Positions 34,849 to 44,990 of a DNA stretch of 64,000 nt are shown in pieces. The stretch is from Desulfuromonadales bacterium (GTDB lineage Bacteria; Desulfobacterota; Desulfuromonadia; Desulfuromonadales; JAAYDE01). Both the position numbers and the translations under genes were made by a program. Each line of letters begins with the position of its first letter. Position 1 is the first letter of the stretch. The DNA lies in assembly GCA_963665915.2 (NCBI GenBank), contig CAXXSG010000011.1, positions 68,979 through 132,978 on the forward strand, in the 5' to 3' direction. Below the pieces are notes generated by a model that was not told the origin of the DNA, did not search any database, and worked only from the letters and a program-made list of their open reading frames with translations.

Positions 34849-35802
34849 ATGTTCTTGCTTCTCGATGTTCAAAACCTGATGACCTTTTTCTTTACTTCGC
34901 AGGGCTTGGTAAAGGCAGTGCGGGGCGTTGAATTTTCCCTGGATGGGGGTGAGACCGTTGCTCTGGTCGGCGAATCCGGCTGTGGGAAATCGGTGACCGC
35001 TCTCTCCATTCTGCGTCTCGTGTCTCCGCCGGGGAAGGTCGTTGATGGGGTTATCGATTTCCGGGGCGAGGATCTGCGGCGCATTTCTGTCGAGGAAATC
35101 CGTCGCATCCGGGGCAATCAGATATCGATGATTTTTCAGGAGCCGATGACCTCTCTCAATCCCGTTCTGACGATCGGCGAGCAGATCGGCGAGGTTTTGA
35201 GGCTGCACAAAGGCATCGATCGCAGAGAATCGTTGGCGGCCGCCGCCGAACTTCTCCATCAGGTCGGCATCCCTTCGCCGCAGCGACGTATCCGCGATTA
35301 TCCACATCAGCTTTCCGGGGGTATGCGCCAGCGGGTGATGATTGCCATGGCCCTGGCCTGTGACCCTCTTCTGCTGATCGCGGATGAACCGACGACCGCT
35401 CTTGATGTTACCATTCAGGCCCAGATTCTCGATCTTTTGGAGGGGCTGAAAAAAGAAAAGGGGATGGGGGTCCTCCTGATCACCCATGACCTGGGCGTGG
35501 TTGCCGAGACGGCCGACCGGGTGGCTATCATGAATTCGGGTCTGATCATGGAGTACGCCACGACCCGCTCCTTGTTTGCCCATCCCTTCCATCCCTACAC
35601 GCAGGGGCTGCTCGCTTCCGTGCCCCGCATCGGTGAAAAAAAAAGGCGCCTGAACCCGGTGGGCATGGGTAGCCCCGAAGATATTAAAGCGAAAAAATCC
35701 TTTCTGGATACCTGCCCTGAACCCTTTGCGCCTCGCAAGGGGAAAATTCCTCCCTTGCGGGAGATGGAGGCGGGTCATTACGTCCGCTGCTGGGAAGCCT
35801 GA
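34849..35802 (+). CDS. Oligopeptide/dipeptide-type ABC transporter ATP-binding protein (OppD/DppD family)
   Basis: 317 aa. Walker A GESGCGKS, signature LSGGMRQRV, Walker [13 protein letters not shown] and the C-terminal oligopeptide-type extension. Confidence 0.85.
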   Translation: MFLLLDVQNLMTFFFTSQGLVKAVRGVEFSLDGGETVALVGESGCGKSVTALSILRLVSPPGKVVDGVIDFRGEDLRRISVEEIRRIRGNQISMIFQEPMTSLNPVLTIGEQIGEVLRLHKGIDRRESLAAAAELLHQVGIPSPQRRIRDYPHQLSGGMRQRVMIAMALACDPLLLIADEPTTALDVTIQAQILDLLEGLKKEKGMGVLLITHDLGVVAETADRVAIMNSGLIMEYATTRSLFAHPFHPYTQGLLASVPRIGEKKRRLNPVGMGSPEDIKAKKSFLDTCPEPFAPRKGKIPPLREMEAGHYVRCWEA

Positions 35803-35804
35803 GT

Positions 35805-36848
35805 ATGGAACCACTTCTGGAAGTTAAAAACCTCAGTAAGTCTTTTTCAGTCACTTCCGGCCCATTGGAAGGGAAAAAGCTTCGCCTTCAGGCGGTGGAC
35901 AACCTCTCCTTTACCCTGGCCAGGGGGGAGACGCTGGGGTTGGTGGGCGAATCAGGATGCGGCAAATCGACCGCGGCCAAACTTCTGATGCGGCTCACGG
36001 ATGCCGATGCGGGGGAAGCCCTTTATCAGGGCACGGATATTCTCAAGCTTTCCCGGCGTCAGTTGCGGCCTTATAGGCGGAAGATTCAGATGGTTTTTCA
36101 GGACCCGGTTTCCTCTCTAAATCCCCGCATGCGTGTCGGAAATATCATCGCTGAGGCCTTTACCATCCACAAACTGGCTCCTCCACGCGAAATCCGTTCG
36201 CGGGTTCGGGAGTTGCTGGGAACAGTGGGCCTTCCGGAGGAGTATTACGACCGTTTCCCCCATGAGTTTTCCGGTGGCCAGCGGCAGCGGATCGGCATTG
36301 CCCGGGCCCTGGCCGTGCAGCCGGAGCTGATTATCGCGGATGAGCCGGTGTCAGCCCTCGATGTCTCCATCCAGGCGCAGATCGTCAATCTGCTTCAGGA
36401 TATTCAGGAGGAATTCGGCCTTACGTATATTTTTATCTCTCACGATCTTTCGGTCATTGAGCATATCAGCGACCGGGTGGCGGTTATGTATCTGGGGAAA
36501 ATCGTCGAAATGGCCTCCTCTGAAGCTCTCTATGCGCACCCGTTTCATCCCTACACTGAAGCGCTTCTGAACGCGTTGCCGGTACCGGTTCCGGGGGCCA
36601 AAAAGGACCGACCGATACTTTCCGGTGAAGTGCCTTCACCCATATCTCCACCGCCGGGGTGTCATTTTCATCCCCGCTGTCCCTATGCCCGGGAAATCTG
36701 CGGGACAGAAACCCCCGTTTTCGAGGAAAAAGCCCCCGGGCATCTGGCTTCCTGTCATTTCAGCCGGGACGTGGGGCGCTATCATGTGGGGCATCGGGTT
36801 GCCGAGCCTGAAAGTATCCAGGAACAGGGTGTTATCCATGACTTATAG
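35805..36848 (+). CDS. Oligopeptide/dipeptide-type ABC transporter ATP-binding protein (OppF/DppF family)
   Basis: 347 aa. [30 protein letters not shown] and C-terminal CHFHPRCPYA Cys motif. Confidence 0.85.
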   Translation: MEPLLEVKNLSKSFSVTSGPLEGKKLRLQAVDNLSFTLARGETLGLVGESGCGKSTAAKLLMRLTDADAGEALYQGTDILKLSRRQLRPYRRKIQMVFQDPVSSLNPRMRVGNIIAEAFTIHKLAPPREIRSRVRELLGTVGLPEEYYDRFPHEFSGGQRQRIGIARALAVQPELIIADEPVSALDVSIQAQIVNLLQDIQEEFGLTYIFISHDLSVIEHISDRVAVMYLGKIVEMASSEALYAHPFHPYTEALLNALPVPVPGAKKDRPILSGEVPSPISPPPGCHFHPRCPYAREICGTETPVFEEKAPGHLASCHFSRDVGRYHVGHRVAEPESIQEQGVIHDL

Positions 36849-39171
36849 TTTTAAAAAACGTTTCGGGGTGGCGACTCTTGAGGATATCAGTACCCTGATT
36901 CTGAACTCTCACGATCTGGGTGAAACCCTGGACAATATTGTCAGGCTGGTGGCGAAAAGGATGGGGACCGAGGTCTGTTCCATTTATTTGCTCGAAAAAC
37001 CGGAAAATATCCTTCGCCTGCAAGCCACCAAAGGACTGGCCAGAAAAGCCGTCGGAAAAGTCTGCCTGAAAAAGGGGGAGGGGTTGACCGGTCTGGTTCT
37101 GGAAAAGTGCCAGGTGCTTACCATTCAGGAACCCTATAAAGACCCTCGCAACCGTTATTTCCGGGAGACCCGGGAAGAGCTGTATCACTCATTTCTGGGA
37201 ATCCCTCTCTTTGACCGCAAAGAGGCGATCGGTGTTATCGTCATTCAGACCAAGTCCCCCCGCGAGTTCACCCCTGAGGAAATCAGCACCCTTTCGACCA
37301 TTGCCTTCCAGGTCTCTTTTATTGTGATCAATGCCCGCCTGCTTGACTCCGTCAAACAGAAGGAAAGGCAGATCGGGGAATTTCCCCTCTCAAGGAGAAA
37401 AGAGGACAGGAGGAGTGCCACTGACGGTGAAATTCCTGCGGTTCTGACCCATAAGAAGGCGTTTGCCGGGACGACCATTTATCCCGGCGTGGTGTCCGGT
37501 CCCTCTTATATCGTGGATGATGCCTATTTCAGGACCGAAGCTCTGGATGAAAAACCGCGAACGGTGGACGAAGAACTGGAAAGGATGGCGGCGGCTCTGG
37601 AGCATGCCCGGATGCAGACGCTCTTTCTGGAAAAGCGTGTTGCCGAGAATCTTTCCCGGAATGATGCCGCCATTTTTCACACCCATCTGATGATTCTGGA
37701 AGATCGGGGCTTCCTGGAAAAGTGGGCGCAGGAAATCCGGGCCGGCGGGGGTGCTGTTTCCACATTGCGCAGTGTGATTCGGGATTATATCTCAGTTTTT
37801 GAAAGAATGGAGGACCCCTATCTCAGGGAGCGGGCGGCGGACATCAAGGATATCGGCCGGCGTCTTCTAGTTTACCTTAGCGGAGACGACGAAACGGTGT
37901 TGAGCCTCAAGGAGCCTTCCATACTTCTTTATGGCGAGATCCACCCCTCGGATCTGGCGGTTTTGGATCTTAAAAATGTACGGGGACTTATTGCGGAAAG
38001 CGGTGGAGAGACCAGTCATGCTGCGATCATGGCCAAATCTCTGGGCATTCCAGTGATTTTTGGCGTAAAGGGAGTGCTTGAATCGGTTGCCCTCAAAGAT
38101 TTCCTGATTCTCGACGCCGATTCGGGCTGTATCCATGTTAATCCCGGCAGCAAGCTGATCTCCCAATACAAGCGTTTGGAGGAGAGCAGCAGCAGGGAAA
38201 TTACCCGCCTCGGGGAGTGGCGAGATCGGCCCGCGCAAAGCCTTGATGGGGTGAACGTGAAGCTGAGGGCCAATATCGGGCCTGTAAGCGATGTCGATAT
38301 TGCATTGCGCAACGGCGCCGCAGGGGTCGGGCTGTTTCGAACGGAATTTCATTACATGCTCAGTCCCGGTTTTCCAAGCCGGGAGGAACAGTATAATTTT
38401 TATCGTTACGTGGCCGAAAAGTTTTCCGAACATTCGGTTACCATCCGCACCTTTGATATAGGGGGGGATAAGATTCTTCCCTATTTCAAATGCCCGGAAG
38501 AGAAAAATCCCTTTATGGGCTGGCGCTCCCTGCGCATATCCCTGGACCACCGGGATATTTTTCTGACTCAGATCGAAGCAATTCTTATGGCTTCAGCCCA
38601 TGGGCCGGTCAGGATTCTTTTTCCCATGGTTTCAGGGCTTCAGGATGTTCGGGACTGTAAAGAGGTTATGGAGGAAGCGCGTTCCCGTCTGGCTCGCGAG
38701 GGGATTCCTTTTGCCGACAAGGTAGAGGTGGGGGCTATGATCGAGATACCGGCGGTGGTTAAGCTGGCGCGTCCGCTGGCTCGGGAGGTAGATTTTTTCT
38801 CCATCGGGACCAACGATCTGATCCAGTACATGCTGGCAGCGGACCGCACCAATGCGTTGATCAAGCGCTATTACGACCCTCTCCATCCCGCTGTTCTGCA
38901 GGTGGTCAAGGAAGTCCAGGAGGTTGCCGTCGAAGAGGGGATAGAGTTGTGCCTGTGCGGCGAAATGGCTTCCGACCCATTGAAATTTCTGAGCCTGTTC
39001 GGGCTCGGAATACGGGAGTTTTCCATTCCCTCCCCATTTATCCCGCGCATCAAGGCTTTTTTGAGTACGGTGGAGAGCGGTCAGGCGGCTGAGGTTGGGA
39101 AGAAGATCCTGAAAATGGAGAGCAGTCAGGAAATTCGCGATTATCTCAAGGAGAGGATTGCCGCCATCTGA
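36838..39171 (+). CDS. ptsP: Phosphoenolpyruvate-protein phosphotransferase with an N-terminal GAF domain (EI-Ntr, PtsP)
   Basis: About 777 aa from MTYSFKKRF. GAF region, then EI domains: GGETSHAAIMAKSLGIP (active-site His) and IGTNDLIQY. It overlaps the oppF-like stop by 11 nt. The track start 36625 lies inside the oppF-like gene. Confidence 0.85.
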   Translation: MTYSFKKRFGVATLEDISTLILNSHDLGETLDNIVRLVAKRMGTEVCSIYLLEKPENILRLQATKGLARKAVGKVCLKKGEGLTGLVLEKCQVLTIQEPYKDPRNRYFRETREELYHSFLGIPLFDRKEAIGVIVIQTKSPREFTPEEISTLSTIAFQVSFIVINARLLDSVKQKERQIGEFPLSRRKEDRRSATDGEIPAVLTHKKAFAGTTIYPGVVSGPSYIVDDAYFRTEALDEKPRTVDEELERMAAALEHARMQTLFLEKRVAENLSRNDAAIFHTHLMILEDRGFLEKWAQEIRAGGGAVSTLRSVIRDYISVFERMEDPYLRERAADIKDIGRRLLVYLSGDDETVLSLKEPSILLYGEIHPSDLAVLDLKNVRGLIAESGGETSHAAIMAKSLGIPVIFGVKGVLESVALKDFLILDADSGCIHVNPGSKLISQYKRLEESSSREITRLGEWRDRPAQSLDGVNVKLRANIGPVSDVDIALRNGAAGVGLFRTEFHYMLSPGFPSREEQYNFYRYVAEKFSEHSVTIRTFDIGGDKILPYFKCPEEKNPFMGWRSLRISLDHRDIFLTQIEAILMASAHGPVRILFPMVSGLQDVRDCKEVMEEARSRLAREGIPFADKVEVGAMIEIPAVVKLARPLAREVDFFSIGTNDLIQYMLAADRTNALIKRYYDPLHPAVLQVVKEVQEVAVEEGIELCLCGEMASDPLKFLSLFGLGIREFSIPSPFIPRIKAFLSTVESGQAAEVGKKILKMESSQEIRDYLKERIAAI

Positions 39172-39190
39172 TCGCAATCTTCGGTTCTCG

Positions 39191-39241
39191 AAATCAAAAA
39201 AAGGGCATGGCCAAAAGCAGGTCTGCCCGTTTTTTTGATTT
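39191..39241. terminator. Bidirectional terminator between convergent ptsP and purC
   Basis: AAATCAAAAAAAGGGCA...TGCCCGTTTTTTTGATTT has a GC stem flanked by complementary A and T runs. Confidence 0.65.
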
Positions 39242-39267
39242 GAGAGCTGGATTAGTCGCCGAAGGCA

Positions 39268-40158
39268 CTAAATGTCGGTGCCCGTGATGCGTCGCAATGC
39301 CTCGCGATATTTTTCCGAAGTTTTCTGGACGATGTCGGTGGGCAGAGGTGGGGCCGGGGCCGTTTTGTTCCAGTCGAGGGTTTCAAGGTAGTCGCGCAGA
39401 AACTGTTTGTCGAAACTTGGCTGGGACCGGCCTGCCGAGTACCCCGTCTGGGGCCAGAAGCGGGAGGAATCCGGCGTCAAGGCTTCATCGATCCAGATCA
39501 GAGTGCCGTTGTCGATGCCGAATTCAAACTTTGTGTCGGCTATAATAATTCCTTTTTCATTGGCAAATTCGGCGGCCTTTCTGTAAATGGCCAAGGTGAC
39601 GTCGCAAAGCTGGTCGGCCAGCTTTTTCCCACAGAGTTTGACCACCTCTGAAAAGGGGATGTTTTCGTCATGATCCCCTATCTCGGCTTTGCTGGAAGGA
39701 GTGAAAATTGGTTCCGGGAGCTGCTGGCTTTCCGCCAGACCGGGGGGGAGAGGAACGCCGCAAATGCTCTGACTGGTGAGGTATTCTTTCCAGCCCGAAC
39801 CGGTCAGGTAGCCTCGCGCAATGCATTCAACCGGAAGAGGCCGTGTCTTTTTGACGAGCATGCTGCGGCCTTCGAGCTGATCCCTGTATTGGCTCGCCGG
39901 GGAGGGAAACGCCCCGACATCCGTTGAGATGATGTGGTGCGGGATGATGGAACTCATTTTTTTAAACCAGAATTTGGATATTTGCGTCAGGACTACGCCT
40001 TTGAAAGGGATGCCTTCCGCCATGATGACGTCAAAAGCCGAAATCCGGTCGGTGGTGACGATAAGGAGATGATCCTCCAATTCATAAATATCCCGGACCT
40101 TGCCACGGCTGTGAAGTTTGAGCTCAGGGCAGTCTGTTTGCGTGATAAGTGGTTGCAT
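39268..40158 (-). CDS. purC: Phosphoribosylaminoimidazole-succinocarboxamide (SAICAR) synthase
   Basis: About 296 aa from [17 protein letters not shown]...[11 protein letters not shown] and ADTKFEFG motifs. Confidence 0.9.
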   Translation of the reverse strand: MQPLITQTDCPELKLHSRGKVRDIYELEDHLLIVTTDRISAFDVIMAEGIPFKGVVLTQISKFWFKKMSSIIPHHIISTDVGAFPSPASQYRDQLEGRSMLVKKTRPLPVECIARGYLTGSGWKEYLTSQSICGVPLPPGLAESQQLPEPIFTPSSKAEIGDHDENIPFSEVVKLCGKKLADQLCDVTLAIYRKAAEFANEKGIIIADTKFEFGIDNGTLIWIDEALTPDSSRFWPQTGYSAGRSQPSFDKQFLRDYLETLDWNKTAPAPPLPTDIVQKTSEKYREALRRITGTDI

Positions 40159-40165
40159 AATTAGC

Positions 40166-42097
40166 TCACTGCCGGTCGTCCAGGGTGGCCCCGGGGATGA
40201 TTTCCGCATTGGCTTTCAGTTCGGCCAGCTTTTTGGAAAAAACATCTCTTTGTTTCTGGGTTTTCACTGTTTGACGCAGATTCTCACGCGTCTCTTCATC
40301 CAGTCGGGCCATGTCGGCTTTTTGAACTTCTTTCAATGAAACAACAACGAAGTTATCCCCTGAGCGGACCGCTTCTCTCAATATCGGCTGGGCGTCACTC
40401 AGTTCGAAAACCCGGTCGAACCATTCTTCGGAATTTCCGAGATTGGGAATGAACGGTTTTCCGGTCCGGCCGAAGAAGCCTGTTTCAAGAACTTTGGAAC
40501 TATGACGGTTGGCCACATCTGTGATGTTCTTGCCCTCGGAAAGTTCCTGAATGATGTCCCGGGAAGTTTCTTCGGCGAGTTCTTCAGCTTTCTGCCGGCG
40601 GAAAATCTTCTCGACATCTTGCCGGACTTCGCCCAGCTCCGGGAGGCGGCTGGCCTGACGTTCCTTAACTGACAGCAAAATCACCTTTTTGTCCAGAACT
40701 ATGGGACGAGCCAATTTTCCGACATCCAGGGTGAAAGCCTGACTGGTAATTTCAGGATTGTTGCCGATTCCCGGGATGGATTCGCCTCGGGCAAAGAGAC
40801 CGGTGACACTGATTTTCAGCTTATTGGTTTCAGCAGCAGTCTCCATGCTGCCGGATTTGCGGTTGATATTGTAGGCATCCATGGCCTTATCCAAGGCCAT
40901 TTCCTTTGCTTTTTCTTCACGGACGCCTTTTTCAACATCGGCTTTGACCTCTTCCAGTGGTTGGACGTTCGCCCGGATGTGTTCGAGGACCTTTAGAATG
41001 TGGTAACCGGAGGCTGTCTGGACAACCGTGCTGATTCCGCCTTTATCCAGAGCGAAAGCAGCACGGTCAAGGGCTGAGGCCAGTTTGCCGCGGGTGAATT
41101 GACCCAGTTCGCCGCCCGAGTCGGCCGTTTTTTTGTCATCCGAGTACTGTTTGGCCAGGGTCGCAAAATTTTCATTGCTGCGAGCTTTTTCAAGCACCTC
41201 TTCCGCTTTTTTGAGAACGTCTCTCTGTGTTTTTTCGTCAGCCTTTTGAGGAAGCTGGAAAAAAATGTGGGCGACGTGGACTTTTTCCTGGATATCAAAA
41301 CGGTCCAGATGGCGCTGGTAGAATTTTTGCAAATCCCCAGGAGATACAACGACTTCGGGAATGTAGACCGCGGAATCGAAAAGAATATACTCAATACTGG
41401 TTTTTTCAGGAATTCTGAAGCGTTCCTTTTCGTCGGCAAAGAATGCACCAAGGTTCTCCTCGGAAATTTCAACCTGGTCTTCTAGAAGAGCGGGTGCCAG
41501 GCGCACAAAAGTGAGGTTCACCTTCTCTTCCTGTTTACGAAAGGCTTCTTCGATATCCTGGTCGGAAACCTGGACATTCGCAACTATGCGGTTTCGGGTT
41601 TCCTGGGTTACCAGACGCTCTCTCTGCATCTTTTCAAAAAGTTCCGGTGTCATTCGCTGGCTTGAGAGGATCTGAAGATATCTCCCTTTGTCAAACTTGC
41701 CGTCGGTCTGGAAATAGGGGAGAGCGGCAATCGATTCAACCAGCTGTTCTTGGGAAACGGAAATCCCCAGGCGTTCTCCTTCCTGGACCAGGAGGGCTTC
41801 TTCAATCAGGCTGTTAAGAGCCTGGTCTTTGATCCGCAGCTTTTTTTCCAGGGCCGGGGTGAAATGCTCCCCGTAAATGTTCTGGTAAGATCTGTAAAGG
41901 TTGACATATACTTGCCGGAATGCCTCCATGTCGATTTTAGAGCCGTTAACCATGGCTGCCAGCGTACTGTCCCTGCCCCCAGGGTCGTCACCTTTTCCCC
42001 ATACGAGGAAGATGGTCCCTACGAAGGCGGCGATGATGGCCCAGAAGACAAATTTGAGAAGGAGGGTTTTTTGTTTTTTTCGAATAAGATCAAGCAT
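40166..42097 (-). CDS. ppiD: Periplasmic chaperone / peptidyl-prolyl isomerase PpiD-like (SurA N-terminal domain plus a parvulin domain)
   Basis: 643 aa. N-terminal membrane anchor ([19 protein letters not shown]) and a central parvulin-like segment (VHVAHIFF...[12 protein letters not shown]...GYHILKV). Confidence 0.75.
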   Translation of the reverse strand: MLDLIRKKQKTLLLKFVFWAIIAAFVGTIFLVWGKGDDPGGRDSTLAAMVNGSKIDMEAFRQVYVNLYRSYQNIYGEHFTPALEKKLRIKDQALNSLIEEALLVQEGERLGISVSQEQLVESIAALPYFQTDGKFDKGRYLQILSSQRMTPELFEKMQRERLVTQETRNRIVANVQVSDQDIEEAFRKQEEKVNLTFVRLAPALLEDQVEISEENLGAFFADEKERFRIPEKTSIEYILFDSAVYIPEVVVSPGDLQKFYQRHLDRFDIQEKVHVAHIFFQLPQKADEKTQRDVLKKAEEVLEKARSNENFATLAKQYSDDKKTADSGGELGQFTRGKLASALDRAAFALDKGGISTVVQTASGYHILKVLEHIRANVQPLEEVKADVEKGVREEKAKEMALDKAMDAYNINRKSGSMETAAETNKLKISVTGLFARGESIPGIGNNPEITSQAFTLDVGKLARPIVLDKKVILLSVKERQASRLPELGEVRQDVEKIFRRQKAEELAEETSRDIIQELSEGKNITDVANRHSSKVLETGFFGRTGKPFIPNLGNSEEWFDRVFELSDAQPILREAVRSGDNFVVVSLKEVQKADMARLDEETRENLRQTVKTQKQRDVFSKKLAELKANAEIIPGATLDDRQ

Positions 42098-42259
42098 GTC
42101 CGCGAGTTTTCCTTTTTAGATGTTGATGAGAGATAACCAGCGGTAAATATTAGACAATAGCAGGCGTATTTGCAATGCTTTTTTATCCGATAGGCCTTGA
42201 AAATAAAGGGTTATTTTGCTAACCTTAACCACCTTTTGAAGGCAGGAAGCCTTCTCTAA

Positions 42260-43333
<1,074 letters not shown>

Positions 43334-43396
43334 AATGGTCCTGTTTCTTCCACAGTCGGGGTTTAGCCGTTTTTTCCGAGCGTCGGAAAGCTCTCC

Positions 43397-44215
43397 ATGC
43401 TGGACTGGCTTAGAAAATTTCGCAAGACCATTATCATGGTCCTGCTTCTGCTGTCAGCCCTCCTGTTTTATTCCATTAATTTGAGGGATCGGGAAAAAAC
43501 CACTCTTTTCGAGAAGGTCGTTCTTGAAATTTCCGCCCCTTTTGAGATGGCCTTCGATTATTCCGTCGAGTCGGTCAGGGAGTGGTGGGGGCATTATATC
43601 TGGCTGGTTTCGACCTCTGAGAGAAACCGTTCCCTTGAGGATGAGAACCGGGAGTTGCGTTCGGCGCTTCAGGAAATGGAGGAGGTCCGCCAGGCCAATG
43701 AACGCCTGCGCCGGCTTCTTGACTTCAAGGAAGAGACGGCACTACCGGCCCTGCCTGCCCGTGTGATCGCGGAAGACAGTACAAACTGGTTTCGTTCCGT
43801 GGTTATCGACAAAGGTTCCAGCGACGGTATTCGTGAAGGGATGCCGGTGGTAGCGGCTGAAGGGCTTGTCGGCAGGATAATCCGGTCCGCCCCGCATGAA
43901 TCCAGGGTGCTGTTAATTACCGACGCCTCCTCCGCGGTTGCGGCCCTGATTCAGAAAAACCGCGCTCGTGGCGTCTGCCGAGGACAGGGTGGGTTTCTCA
44001 CCATGGAGTTTACGCTCCGTCAAAAGGACATCAAAGTAGGTGATCGGATTATCGCTTCCGGAACCGGTGGGGTCTTTCCAAAGGGTTTGCCGGTAGGAAG
44101 CGTGGTGCGCATCGGCCGCAAGAGCTATGGTCTTTTCCAATCGGTGACCCTCGTTCCGGCGGTTGACTTTTTCAGCCTGGAAGAGGTTTTGGTTCTGCGG
44201 AAGGGGGAGGAATGA
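43397..44215 (+). CDS. mreC: Rod shape-determining protein MreC
   Basis: 272 aa. N-terminal TM, coiled-coil (ENRELRSALQEMEEVRQANERLRRLL), and a C-terminal beta domain with GGVFPKGLPVG. Confidence 0.9.
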   Translation: MLDWLRKFRKTIIMVLLLLSALLFYSINLRDREKTTLFEKVVLEISAPFEMAFDYSVESVREWWGHYIWLVSTSERNRSLEDENRELRSALQEMEEVRQANERLRRLLDFKEETALPALPARVIAEDSTNWFRSVVIDKGSSDGIREGMPVVAAEGLVGRIIRSAPHESRVLLITDASSAVAALIQKNRARGVCRGQGGFLTMEFTLRQKDIKVGDRIIASGTGGVFPKGLPVGSVVRIGRKSYGLFQSVTLVPAVDFFSLEEVLVLRKGEE

Positions 44216-44739
44216 AGAAGATTTTTCTTGTGACCCTCCTCGGGCTGACGATCATTTTTCTGCAGACATGGTTTTTCCCCTCGCTTCTCCCTTTTCGCTT
44301 AAAACCGGATTTGTTCCTGATTCTCGTGGTATATATTGGAATTTATGCCGAGTTCCATCGCGGTGCCGCCTTCAGCCTGCTGTTCGGGTGGTTTCAGGAT
44401 GTCTTTGCGGGAAATTCCATGGGGCTTTACGGCCTGGTTTTTCTGATTATCTATTTCCTGGCTTGCTACGCCGCTTCACGCTTTAATGCGGAAGCTTTGG
44501 GGACCTTTTATTACCTGGTGCTTTTCGGCACCCTTACGGAAGCTTTCCTGGTCTGTTTTTTTCAGTCGTTTTTCACTGATGCGGGAATGTTGTGGTACGT
44601 CGTCATCCAGAACCTTTTTCCGCAGCTTTTCCTCAATATGCTGTTCGCTTTTTTACTATTAAGACTCCTGCTGTTACTGCAGTGGACAACCGAGCTGGCT
44701 TTTCCGGTCCCGGGCAGGTCGAGCAAGGATGACTTCTAG
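44212..44739 (+). CDS. mreD: Rod shape-determining protein MreD
   Basis: 175 aa polytopic membrane protein. ATGA overlap with mreC, in the canonical position. Confidence 0.8.
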   Translation: MKKIFLVTLLGLTIIFLQTWFFPSLLPFRLKPDLFLILVVYIGIYAEFHRGAAFSLLFGWFQDVFAGNSMGLYGLVFLIIYFLACYAASRFNAEALGTFYYLVLFGTLTEAFLVCFFQSFFTDAGMLWYVVIQNLFPQLFLNMLFAFLLLRLLLLLQWTTELAFPVPGRSSKDDF

Positions 44740-44918
44740 CCCGGTTTATTCATGATAACTTTTGCTGCGACAGTCGATTGCACGCCATCTCAAGTCATGC
44801 TCACTCCTTGCTCTTCGCCGTACGGCAAGTACGCCTGCAGAGCGCTTCTCTGCGCTTGACTTGATCTGACGCACACTTAACGATTTCGCAAAAAGGCCTC
44901 GTGAATAAACCGGGCTAG
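44736..44918. mobile_element. MITE-like 183-bp imperfect palindrome between mreD and mrdA
   Basis: CTAGCCCGGTTTATTCA (44736-44752) is the exact reverse complement of TGAATAAACCGGGCTAG (44902-44918). The arms continue to pair imperfectly for about 68 nt. Read as GCCCGG...CCGGGC termini, the element is flanked by TA/TA. Confidence 0.55.
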
Positions 44919-44990
44919 CTTCCTGCCATTTTTTAAATTATGCTTTTACCTGTGTTCCACGGTTTTTAATGCCCGGAACGGGAATAGGGA

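Noticed and set aside
34840-35814. 324-aa minus-strand ORF opposite the OppD-like ATPase
   Set aside because: The Walker A, signature and Walker B motifs are all in the plus-strand frame, so the minus-strand frame is a shadow ORF.
36625-36837. Upstream extension of the ptsP ORF to ATG 36625 (848 aa version)
   Set aside because: The extension lies wholly inside the OppF-like gene in another frame. The recognisable GAF-EI protein begins at MTYSFKK (36838).
44736-44918. Strand assignment of the mreD-mrdA palindrome from G-U pairs
   Set aside because: Some C-A mismatches would become G-U on the minus-strand transcript, but other positions favour the plus strand. The evidence is not directional, so no strand is claimed.
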